This document shows positions 10,769-19,672 of a stretch of 64,000 bases of DNA, one piece after another. The stretch is from a bacterium (GTDB lineage Bacteria; Zhuqueibacterota; Zhuqueibacteria; Residuimicrobiales; Krinioviventaceae), in contig OY843751.1 of the NCBI GenBank assembly GCA_963693055.1, forward strand, positions 1,120,001-1,184,000, written 5' to 3'. How positions within the stretch are numbered: position 1 is the stretch's first letter; each line of letters begins with the position of its first letter. The notes under the pieces were generated by a model that was not told the DNA's origin, made no database searches, and saw only the letters and a program-made list of their open reading frames with translations. The position numbers and the translations under genes are program-made.

Positions 10769-10910
10769 AAAGTTATTAAAAACTTGATTATTTTTATTAT
10801 TCATAGTTTTATTTTCGTATCACGACTCATTTATGTTGATGGTAAATCTGTAATTTGAGTTATAATGTTTTATATTGATCAACTGTAATAATTTTTTACT
10901 AGAGGAGTAT

Positions 10911-11948
10911 ATGCGAAAGAACCTTTACTTTGTATGTTTGTTCATGATTGCAATATCAATATTTTGCAAAAAGGCCCCCACTTCTGTTACAGAATTAAAA
11001 CCGGGCAGCCGGAATTATGTGTGGGAAGTAGATACGCTGAATATGCCGATGAATTATCTTGACTCGGTATGGGGCGCTTCACCCAATGATGTCTGGGCGA
11101 TTGGTGGTGTCGGTTCTTACCAGGACAGGCTCCAGCATTATGACGGCGTCAAATGGACGCCTTATACGAAAGAAGCCATAAATGTTGGCGGCTACACACT
11201 TTGGGGATTTAGCGCCAATAATATATGGCTGGGCGGCCAGGGAGGTTGGGGTGTTGGTGGAGCTGCAATCTGGCATTATGACGGGGTCAGGTGGACTCAG
11301 AACTATGTATATGATGTGGAAGGGTCTTATTTAATGGAAGTGAGGGACATCTGGGGAGCGAATCCGAAGGACATCTATGCGTGTGGTTTAATTGTTTTTG
11401 TTGACGGTAAGACTACGGATCTTCGCGGTTTTGTGCTACACTATGACGGCAAGCGCTGGCGTGAAGTTCTAAGGGCAGATTTTGATTCCGAGTTTCATGT
11501 CGTTCGAAAGGAACGGGAGTCTGTCTATGTTTTCTCTACCAAATATATAAGGAGTGGAGGGGGGCTCGAGTTCTATGAAATTAAAGATAACAAGCTAAGA
11601 CAAATGTATTCGGGGCCGCAGACCCAAGGTATACATCTGTGTGATATCCAGGGCAAAGTTTTTTTTATTATGGGCCACGATATTTGCAGGTATATTGATG
11701 GAGCTTTTGTAAAACAATACTCTATTAATTTAGATAATTTCGGTAATTATCTTTGGGGAAGGCATGAAAACGATCAATTCATCCGGATGACTGACGGGAT
11801 TGCACACTATAACGGTACAGATATCGAGTACATTTACTCATTCCCCCAATTAGAGATTAATATTGCAGATGCTGTCCTGCTCGAAAAGGACGTATTTTTC
11901 TGTGATTATAGGAATAATCTGGTAATCCACGGTAGGTTGAAAGAATAA
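10911..11948 (+). CDS. Putative lipoprotein with WG/HYDGxxW repeats (beta-propeller)
   Basis: RBS GAGGAG before ATG 10911; signal ending SIFC; repeated VWGASPNDVWAIG...HYDGxxW units. Confidence 0.75.
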   Translation: MRKNLYFVCLFMIAISIFCKKAPTSVTELKPGSRNYVWEVDTLNMPMNYLDSVWGASPNDVWAIGGVGSYQDRLQHYDGVKWTPYTKEAINVGGYTLWGFSANNIWLGGQGGWGVGGAAIWHYDGVRWTQNYVYDVEGSYLMEVRDIWGANPKDIYACGLIVFVDGKTTDLRGFVLHYDGKRWREVLRADFDSEFHVVRKERESVYVFSTKYIRSGGGLEFYEIKDNKLRQMYSGPQTQGIHLCDIQGKVFFIMGHDICRYIDGAFVKQYSINLDNFGNYLWGRHENDQFIRMTDGIAHYNGTDIEYIYSFPQLEINIADAVLLEKDVFFCDYRNNLVIHGRLKE

Positions 11949-11987
11949 AGGAGAATACCAGCTAAAGAAAAGCCCATCATTTTTTTT

Positions 11988-12070
11988 TAAGAGTGTTTGC
12001 CTGAATAGCAAGGATTTTTCAATGTTTGTCAATCCGGCGGACGCACAGGTCCGCCCTAACAGAAACGATT
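11988..12070 (+). repeat. 83-bp direct repeat, copy A, containing a GGCGGAC..GTCCGCC REP-like hairpin
   Basis: 5 mismatches versus 21330-21412; last 46 bp identical. Confidence 0.9.
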
Positions 12071-12127
12071 TTGATTGCGATTTATATTTATGCATTGCGG
12101 GATATGGGGTAGGGGACTTGGGGAATA

Positions 12128-12152
12128 GGTTACAAGGTAGAGCCTTGTAACC
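12128..12152. repeat. REP-like palindrome, copy 5
   Basis: GGTTACAAGGTAGAGCCTTGTAACC. Confidence 0.8.
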
Positions 12153-12303
12153 AGTGGGTGCCTTGTTTGGGGCAAGATTGGGATGGACAAATCAAAGCCC
12201 ATATCAGGATTTGTAGAATGTTTTGACAGGGGTTTACAGTTTTTACGACTATAATTAAATATTTTTAGTTTTTCGTTTTTTTTTGCGAGTTTTGCGATTT
12301 TAC

Positions 12304-12419
12304 TTGACAGTGATTATTTCTTTTTGTATTATTCAAAAGAGAAGCAAATCTTTTATTATTAGAAGTAAAAATTTCAATTTTCGGGGCGACTCACGGGGAC
12401 TCTGATATTTTAAGTGAGT
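12304..12419 (+). promoter_or_regulatory. Sigma70 promoter plus conserved leader element, copy 3
   Basis: TTGACA(12304)-N17-TATTAT(12327); same 40-nt core; ACTCAC/GTGAGT stem kept despite a different interior. Confidence 0.8.
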
Positions 12420-12489
12420 ATATCAATTTATTCGGTTAATAAACCGTCATACTAGATCTACGTGATTTGAAATCAAGGGGTTTTTTATT

Positions 12490-13557
12490 ATGCAGATTAA
12501 GCAAAGTTTGATAATCATAGTATTACTAATTGTTAATTTGGTTTATTTCGATTGTATTCGTAATAAAGATACGATTGTTGGATGGCAGTACCAACCTGTG
12601 GGCTTTCGTACACAAATAGCCACTTTTGCTGAAACCTTTGCGGTTGTATGTGCAGATAGCTCATTTTTGATATGGGGTTACAATTATACCGGATTATTGG
12701 GGAATGGTTTGGTTGATGATAATTTTGAAGCAATTCCCCGCAAAATACCGGATTTGAATAACATTACAGCAGTGGATCTGCATTACGGTCATGCCCTTGC
12801 TGCTGATAGTGATGGAAATATTTGGTATTGGGGGCACAATTCTACTCGTTTTTATAGTGAATATATAACAGAGCCTGTTATTATCTCAAAATTAAAAAAT
12901 GTTGTACAAATTGATATTATAACTGATAATTTTAAACTGCTCTGTAATGATGGTTCTGTCTGGCAAATTAAATGGGATTATCACGAACCATCAAGATGGA
13001 TCAAAGCTGAGCGTATTAAAAGCTTAACAAATATTTGTCAGATTTCTGAAGGAATGGCCTTGTCCGGATTTGGAAAGGTTTTTGAGCTAGAGCCAACATT
13101 GTTGCCCAGTGCTAGAGATGTTGAAATTGCAAATACACTTGATGATATCAAACAAATTCAACAGGTTTATGGTCGTCATAGTCTGGTGTTAAAAAAAGAC
13201 GGAACGGTTTGGGCTTGGGGGAGGAACAGCTTGGGTGATCTGGGGGATGGAACGCAAATTGATAAACGCACTCCTATCCAGGTTCAGAGTTTGAGTGACA
13301 TTCAAAGTATTCATGCCAACTATAATTATAATTGTGCAATTAAACGAGACGGCAGCTTGTGGTATTGGGGCTATACCGGTAAAGAGAATGATGTTGCTAC
13401 GTTCATCACACCGCCAGTTCAGGTGCCGGCAATTTCAAATGTGGAATCAGTTGATCCAATGCCGGTTACATTTGTAAAGACCAGAGATAGAGCTTATTGG
13501 GCAATTGACATTACAGGCCAGCACGATTTAATCCCAAAGTTATTATTTCAGGATTAG
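12490..13557 (+). CDS. RCC1-repeat (BLIP-II-like) beta-propeller lipoprotein
   Basis: HSLVLKKDGTVWAWGRNSLGDLGDGT and related repeats; signal ending in Cys. Confidence 0.88.
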   Translation: MQIKQSLIIIVLLIVNLVYFDCIRNKDTIVGWQYQPVGFRTQIATFAETFAVVCADSSFLIWGYNYTGLLGNGLVDDNFEAIPRKIPDLNNITAVDLHYGHALAADSDGNIWYWGHNSTRFYSEYITEPVIISKLKNVVQIDIITDNFKLLCNDGSVWQIKWDYHEPSRWIKAERIKSLTNICQISEGMALSGFGKVFELEPTLLPSARDVEIANTLDDIKQIQQVYGRHSLVLKKDGTVWAWGRNSLGDLGDGTQIDKRTPIQVQSLSDIQSIHANYNYNCAIKRDGSLWYWGYTGKENDVATFITPPVQVPAISNVESVDPMPVTFVKTRDRAYWAIDITGQHDLIPKLLFQD

Positions 13558-13697
13558 TATAATCATGAATGAAAAGATAATAACTATATTAATTTGTAAT
13601 TATAAACCCGTAGTGTTTCCGTATAAAGTTTAAGAATAAAATATTTTTAGTTTAGTGCATGGATTATTATCTTGTAAAAGAAAGGAGCAAAAAATCC

Positions 13698-13985
13698 ATG
13701 CCAAAACAAAAGTATACATCAGAGTTCAAAGTACGCACAGTGTTAGAAGGTCTCAAGTCACCAGACGGGATTGCCGCCTATTGTCGCCAAAAAGGGATTA
13801 GTGAGGTTCAATTTTATGGTTGGCAGAGACAGATGATCGAGAATGCGGATTCGGTATTCCACAAGATGTCCAAAGCTCAGGAACGCAAGGTTTCGCAAAT
13901 GGAAGCAGATCTGAAACGCAAGGATGAAATCATAGCGGTGGTTACTGAAGAAGCGTTAGAGCTCAAAAAAAAACTGCGCAAATAA
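13698..13985 (+). CDS. IS3-family transposase OrfA (HTH)
   Basis: KYTSEFK...GISEVQFYGW HTH; ends at an A9 slippery run (13965-13973). Confidence 0.85.
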   Translation: MPKQKYTSEFKVRTVLEGLKSPDGIAAYCRQKGISEVQFYGWQRQMIENADSVFHKMSKAQERKVSQMEADLKRKDEIIAVVTEEALELKKKLRK

Positions 13986-14017
13986 AGCGCTACCGCCATC
14001 TGGATATTGCAACGCGA

Positions 14018-14971
14018 ATGGATCTGTTAGGGATGCTGGAGCGCTATGCCCAATACGGATGGAGTAAAGAATCAATATGCCGGAAATGGGGCATCAGCCT
14101 CAATTCATTTTACTCATTCAATCCGGCTCCAAAAGGAAAAGCAGGTTCGTTGAAAATCCAGATAAACAAGATCACTGACGAAGAAAAGACCAAAGTCATA
14201 TCTTATGCTCTTTCCCATACGGACCTGAACCATAGAGAAATGGCGTATCGCATGATTGACGAAAACATCGTTTTTATGAGTCCATCGAGCGTGTATCGCA
14301 TCCTTAGAGAAAACAATCTGTTAGTACGTCGCCAGCCGAGACCAAAGCGAGAATATTGGGATACTCATGCCAGATTGACAGGCCCCGATAAAGTCTGGCA
14401 AACCGATCTGATGGTGGTCCGGTATAAAAATCGGGATTATTATCTATTGTCTTACATGGATGTATTTTCACGATGTATTGTATATTACAAACTTTGCAGC
14501 AGCATGACAGGTGACACAGTTAAGGAGGCAACCCTGGAAGCATTTGCGGTAACAAATAAAAAGCCTGAGGTTATCCAATCAGATAATGGCAGTTGTTTTA
14601 TTAGCAGCGAGTACAAAAGATGTTTTGTAAACAGCCCAATGGAACACCGTTTTATACATCCACATTGTCCGAACGAAAATGCCGAGATCGAACGATATCA
14701 CCGGACATTGCGAGAGTTGATAGATCCGTATGATGCCAGAGATTTTAATCATCTGTGCGAACTTGTCAAAGAACAGATTGAATATTATAATCACAAACGC
14801 TATCATTCCGGGATAGGATTTGTACCGCCATGGCTGAAATATACTGGTAAGGCAGATTCACTGATCAAGTCCCGAAAACAAAAGATACAAATAGCCAAAC
14901 AGAAACGTATGAAACAAAACTGGACAAATTATCAAAGCGCAATTCAAACAATCAAACAAAAAGCAGCATAA
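14018..14971 (+). CDS. IS3-family transposase OrfB (DDE integrase core), -1 frame relative to OrfA
   Basis: WQTD, IQSDNGS, ENAEIERYHRTL, YYNHKRYHSGIG. Confidence 0.88.
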   Translation: MDLLGMLERYAQYGWSKESICRKWGISLNSFYSFNPAPKGKAGSLKIQINKITDEEKTKVISYALSHTDLNHREMAYRMIDENIVFMSPSSVYRILRENNLLVRRQPRPKREYWDTHARLTGPDKVWQTDLMVVRYKNRDYYLLSYMDVFSRCIVYYKLCSSMTGDTVKEATLEAFAVTNKKPEVIQSDNGSCFISSEYKRCFVNSPMEHRFIHPHCPNENAEIERYHRTLRELIDPYDARDFNHLCELVKEQIEYYNHKRYHSGIGFVPPWLKYTGKADSLIKSRKQKIQIAKQKRMKQNWTNYQSAIQTIKQKAA

Positions 14972-15095
14972 TGTACTAAACTAAAATTTTTCCATTTTTA
15001 AACATTATGTGTGAAACAATTAGATATTATTAATTGAAGAGATAAATTCTATAAATACGATAACAATCTAAGGTGTGGTATTATGAAAAAATTAT

Positions 15096-16535
15096 GAGTT
15101 ATATTCTAATGTTGTGGATGACTTGAAAAAATAAATAAAAAAGCGTATCCTATAGTTTTTAAGTATTTTTTTTCGACCAAGAAAAAAGATAAAACCAAAA
15201 AGGACACGCTATGAAAAAAGGTAATACAACAAAGTCAGAACTGCAAGCAGAAACCACAACATTCAATAAAAGTTTGGATGAAATTATTCGAAATGGAGCG
15301 CAACAAATATTGGCAGCAGCCATAGAAAACGAAGTTCAGGAATACCTTGATCGCTATAAAAATCACAGAGATGAACAAGGTCACCGCCTGGCCGTACGCA
15401 ATGGTTCCATGCCGGAGCGCACAATATTGTCCAGTTCAGGTCCAATAACGATCCGGCAGCCGCGAGTGGATGACAGGAAATTACGGCAGGAACATGGCGT
15501 AGAAGGCTTTACAAGTGAGATACTACCCAAATACCTGAGACGGACACCCAGCCTGAATAACCTGATACCTGCCCTTTATTTGAAGGGCATTTCGACACAG
15601 GACTTCCCGGCTGCATTGTCGGCTATACTTGGAGATAAAGTCAAAGGACTTTCAGCCAACACGGTTGTGCGCTTGAAAGAAGAATGGGAGTCAGAGTACA
15701 AGCAATGGGCCAGGCGTGATCTGTCCGGCAAACACTATGTATACATCTGGGCCGATGGTGTCTATTTCAATGTTCGATTGAAAGGCGTAAATCCTTGTAT
15801 TTTAGTGATTATTGGAGCGGACGAATATGGGCGAAAAGAGCTTTTGGCGGTCAAAGAAGGCTTTCGAGAAAGCGAATTGAGCTGGAAAGAACTGCTGTTG
15901 GAGTTAAAGGACCAGGGACTTGAGATGGGACCGAAACTGGCAATCGCAGACGGTGCCCTCGGTTTTTGGAAAGCTTTGCCACAAGTTTATCCCGAGTCTC
16001 GTGAACAGCGCTGCTGGGTCCACAAGACAGCCAACATATTGGATAAGCTACCGAAAAGTGCGCAGACAAATGCCAAATCGCTTATTCATGAAATGTATAT
16101 GGCTGAGACCAAAGAAAATGCGTTAATCGCTTATCATAGATTTATCAAAATTTATGAAGACAAGTATCCCAAAGTTGTTAATTGTCTGGTAAAAGATTAT
16201 GATCAACTTTTTACTTTTTATGATTTCCCGGATTCACATTGGCAGCATATCCGGACCACGAATCCCATTGAATCTACCTTTGCTACAGTGAGACTCAGGA
16301 CGCGGAGAACAAAGGGCTGCGGTTCAAGTCAGGCGACTTTGACTATGGTTTTTAAACTGGCTAAAGAAGCGGAAAAACGGTGGCGGCGTTTGAGAGGGTA
16401 CAAGTGGATACCATTTGTGATTAAAGGAGAAAAATTTGTGAATGGTGAACCGGAAAATCAGGAATTGTTTAAGTTGGCAGCTTAACTTTTATGAAATGGA
16501 TACGCTTTTTGATCCACAACTATTGACAATAACTC
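15096..16535 (+). mobile_element. IS256-family insertion sequence with 9-bp TSD AAAAATTAT
   Basis: Inverted repeats GAGTTAT...GTTGTGGAT / ATCCACAAC...ATAACTC; TSD at 15087-15095 and 16536-16544. Confidence 0.93.
15211..16485 (+). CDS. IS256-family (Mutator) transposase
   Basis: YIWADG, AIADGALGF, QRCWVHK, RTTNPIES. Confidence 0.95.
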   Translation: MKKGNTTKSELQAETTTFNKSLDEIIRNGAQQILAAAIENEVQEYLDRYKNHRDEQGHRLAVRNGSMPERTILSSSGPITIRQPRVDDRKLRQEHGVEGFTSEILPKYLRRTPSLNNLIPALYLKGISTQDFPAALSAILGDKVKGLSANTVVRLKEEWESEYKQWARRDLSGKHYVYIWADGVYFNVRLKGVNPCILVIIGADEYGRKELLAVKEGFRESELSWKELLLELKDQGLEMGPKLAIADGALGFWKALPQVYPESREQRCWVHKTANILDKLPKSAQTNAKSLIHEMYMAETKENALIAYHRFIKIYEDKYPKVVNCLVKDYDQLFTFYDFPDSHWQHIRTTNPIESTFATVRLRTRRTKGCGSSQATLTMVFKLAKEAEKRWRRLRGYKWIPFVIKGEKFVNGEPENQELFKLAA

Positions 16536-17291
16536 AAAAATTATTAGTGTGTTGTCTTTGTTGTTTATTTTGTGATAATGTTAATGATGTTTCAACAACA
16601 CCCAGTAATATTAAAGACTCGATATTATTATTAGAAATAAAAAGAGATATGACAGTTCGATGCCGAGACGAGTCATGTGTTGAACTCTTTATTGATTTTC
16701 CAATATATAAATATGATAATGAAAAAAATCAACTAACTTTTTTTATTTATACAGATACATTATTTATAGGAGATCATTTATGTGAATTATTAGTAATCCA
16801 AGAGTTGGAATTACAAGATACTTTTAGTGGAAAAACTGGTAATATGAAACCTATTTATAGCTATCCAGATTCTCTTGGTATTATCAATTTTGATAACTTT
16901 AATGATCAGAACATTGTAATTCAAGCAATTGAACCTGACGAAACAATTTTATTAAAATATGAACAAAAAGAGTTGAAAGTGGAGAAAAGCAAGAGTATCA
17001 ATTTTAATTTTACTGGAGATCATCAGGTTTTAGGAAGTGAGGTGTCAATTGATGATAAGATAAAAATAATAAATTATGGTTCAATTAATAAAGAAAATAT
17101 TCTATTTAATTAACAAGGAGTATTTTATTATGAATAAACAAATTAAACTAAAAATATTTTTTTTATTTTGTTTTTTTTCAAATACGATTTTCGCAACAAT
17201 TCTCGAAAAATATGACACTGAGAAGTTATCAAATAAGTCTGATTTGATAGTTGTTGGTTTAGTACAAAGTATTGACTATGAGTATGATGAA

Positions 17292-18722
17292 CAGGACACC
17301 CCCGAAAAATCACAAATCATATTACTGTAAGTAATAAAAAATAATGGAGATAGAAGCAAAAAAAGCTTGTAAAAATAAAAAAAGGTTGCCTCATTATAGT
17401 TGACAGACCATAATATAGGAGGCAACCCATGGACATCACAAAACGAGTCCAAGTAAAACTTAATCAAGTGACAGCGAAATATCAAGCAGAATTCAACCGA
17501 CCGGACTATAAATTTATCAGAGACATGCATTATGGGATATTATGCTCGGGACATGTACATTTAAATAAAATCGCATCAACCCTAAAGGAAGAGACGAGCC
17601 TAAAAAAGACAACAGAACGAATGTCAAACCATCTGGGCCGACCAGGATTTGACAGAGAATTAACCATTAGTCATCTGAAAATAAATAAGAGGAGATTTTC
17701 AGATTCCAGATATTTGATAGCAGATATGAGTGATATAATAAAGCCTTATGCGGAAAAGATGGAAGGGCTTGATCGTGTTTATGATGGCAGCACCAAAGAA
17801 CTGGGAAATGGATATTGGCAACTGAATATCATTGGAGTTGATAAAACCGGAACATCCATCATGCCGCTGGTGAGTACGCTTTGGGCGACGGATCAGGAAG
17901 AAGGCAAAGGTATTTCAGAGAACAAGAAAATCCTCGAATCCGTGGACACGATTCGAGAACATATTCATGGAGAACAGATAGTTGTTTATGATCGCGGAGG
18001 TGATCGTAGCAAACTGATGAACAAATGGATTAAGCAAAAACAACACTTTATAATACGGCAAACCGGGTACCGGGATATATTTGTTCAAGGAGTAAAGAAG
18101 AATTTAAAGAAATATGCCGAAAAAATCCGTCCCAGTACTGAAATTACCGTGCAGAAAAAACGCCGGAACAGGCTGATAAAGCGATGTTTTCAATGCGGTG
18201 CCCGTAAAGTATATCTGCCAAAGCAGTATGGGGATGGCCCAATGGATACCGGATTATGGCTGATTTCAGTCACTGAACCTGGCAAAGGCAAAAGCTGGTT
18301 TTTAAGCTTTATACCGGCAGAGACTGAACGTGAGGCCATAGAGATTACCATGGAAGGCTATGGTTACCGGTGGAAAATTGAAGAGGTACATCGTCAAATA
18401 AAAAATGATTATCATCTTGAAGACATTTGCCTTAAAAGGTATGTTGCGCTAAAAAATTTTAATGCCCTGTTTTGGAATGTCATGAGTTTTATCTATTGTC
18501 ATTTGGATAATATTTGTTTACATATTTTAGATCAATCTCAAGCTCCGTTGGTGTATAGAAGGAAATTAAACGAGTTTATTGGGTTTGTTTATTATAAACT
18601 GGCAAAGGCATTAAGGATCATTTTACCCAATATAAAGCTCAGAAAATTAAAGTGTAATAATCATGCCGGTGACAAAAACCAATTGTTTTTAGCCCTCGAA
18701 TAAAAAAATCGGGGGTACCCTG
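17292..18722 (+). mobile_element. IS4-like insertion sequence with 10-bp TSD GTATGATGAA
   Basis: Ends CAGGACACCCCCGA / TCGGGGGTACCCTG; TSD at 17282-17291 and 18723-18732. Confidence 0.9.
17429..18703 (+). CDS. IS4-clan DDE transposase
   Basis: IADMSD, VYDRGGD and YREK-like YGYRWKIEEVHRQIK. Confidence 0.88.
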   Translation: MDITKRVQVKLNQVTAKYQAEFNRPDYKFIRDMHYGILCSGHVHLNKIASTLKEETSLKKTTERMSNHLGRPGFDRELTISHLKINKRRFSDSRYLIADMSDIIKPYAEKMEGLDRVYDGSTKELGNGYWQLNIIGVDKTGTSIMPLVSTLWATDQEEGKGISENKKILESVDTIREHIHGEQIVVYDRGGDRSKLMNKWIKQKQHFIIRQTGYRDIFVQGVKKNLKKYAEKIRPSTEITVQKKRRNRLIKRCFQCGARKVYLPKQYGDGPMDTGLWLISVTEPGKGKSWFLSFIPAETEREAIEITMEGYGYRWKIEEVHRQIKNDYHLEDICLKRYVALKNFNALFWNVMSFIYCHLDNICLHILDQSQAPLVYRRKLNEFIGFVYYKLAKALRIILPNIKLRKLKCNNHAGDKNQLFLALE

Positions 18723-19063
18723 GTATGATGAACAGTTGAAAATGATTTTTACCATAGTTCATATTTATCCTGAAAAGTTAATTAAGGGGTTTTTACCTGA
18801 CGATTCAATCAAATTGTTAATTCCTGGAGGACGATATAATGAAAGGAATATTATTGTTGACGGGACACCTGATTTTAAATTAGGAGAAAAAGTGATAGTA
18901 TTTTTAGAACCAGAGATAAAAAAATCATTTAGAGTAACAGGTTGGTTTCAGGGGAAATTTATTATTGAAGATGGTAAAGTTAAAGAAAAAGATATCACTT
19001 TAGATCAGTTTGTTTCAGAAATTCTAAGTTATTTAAATAAATAGTATTTAGGGAGATGGTAGG

Positions 19064-19633
19064 ATGAAAAAATTTTTTTTATCAATAATTTTTTTAATTT
19101 TTATCGTTTCAATATGTTTCCCATATTCATACGATGAGGGAAATAGGTGGTTACATTCAAATATGCCAATTAAATATAAAATTAATACATCCAATGCACC
19201 TGCAGGAGCGATTGCTGTAATTGATGCAGCTTTTTCCACATGGGAAAGTGCTGCATCTTCTTGGATAGAATTTGAGAATGATGGAATTGGTAATTACACA
19301 TTTCAAGAAGATGGTGTTAATAGTTTGAGTTGGGGGTATGCATATGGTTCAATCGCTATGTCAGCAAGATATGATGAATATCCAATAATAGAAAAGGATA
19401 TTGTATTTAATAATATCTCTTATAATTGGAGTACAACAACACCACCACAAACTGGCTGTATGGATGTAGCAAATATTGCTACTCATGAGATAGGTCATTG
19501 GTTGCGTTTAATTGATTTATATGATAGTAGTGATAGTGATAAAACAATGTATGGTTATTCAGTTGTTGAAGAAACTAAGAAAAGATCTTTAACTTCTGAT
19601 GATATTAATGGAATCAGATATATATATATATAA
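19064..19633 (+). CDS. Matrixin-like zinc metalloprotease domain (N-terminal part of a gene split by an in-frame TAA)
   Basis: Signal peptide, THEIGHWLRLID zinc motif, Met-turn KTMYG, LTSDDINGIRYIY. Confidence 0.8.
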   Translation: MKKFFLSIIFLIFIVSICFPYSYDEGNRWLHSNMPIKYKINTSNAPAGAIAVIDAAFSTWESAASSWIEFENDGIGNYTFQEDGVNSLSWGYAYGSIAMSARYDEYPIIEKDIVFNNISYNWSTTTPPQTGCMDVANIATHEIGHWLRLIDLYDSSDSDKTMYGYSVVEETKKRSLTSDDINGIRYIYI

Positions 19634-19672
19634 ATTAAAGTACCATATGATATTAGTACAATTGCAACAGCT

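Larger units (their letters stand above)
13614..15018 (+). mobile_element. IS3-family insertion sequence
   Basis: TG...CA ends with imperfect ~47-bp inverted repeats (TGTTTC...TTTTAGTTTAGTRCAT); orfA/orfB layout; no clear target duplication. Confidence 0.88.
15083..17113 (+). pseudogene. Lipoprotein gene (193 aa reconstructed) interrupted by IS256 in codon 5
   Basis: Removing the IS and one TSD joins ATG 15083 to 16545-17113, giving MKKLLVCCLCCLFCDNVND... Confidence 0.85.
17130..19044 (+). pseudogene. Secreted OB-fold/TIMP-like protein (157 aa reconstructed) interrupted by an IS4-like element
   Basis: 17130-17291 joins 18733-19044 in frame: SDLIVVGLVQSIDYEYDE|QLKMIFTIV...IPGG...FKLGEKVIVFL; RBS AAGGAG. 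Confidence 0.82.

Noticed and set aside
10658-10858. Small ORFs over the repeated leader (also 9118-9318) as leader peptides
   Set aside because: They start inside the promoter and the reading frame is not conserved between copies.
8856-13557. Classical integron with attC sites
   Set aside because: No integron integrase, the palindromes are shorter than attC sites, and each gene has its own promoter.
16442-16535. N-terminus of the 223-aa ORF
   Set aside because: It is read from the IS256 end; the true start is ATG 15083 on the other side of the IS.
19618-19633. Phase variation by the (TA)n tract just before the TAA
   Set aside because: The two ORFs are already in frame; slipping 2 or 4 nt breaks the frame and 6 nt keeps the stop.
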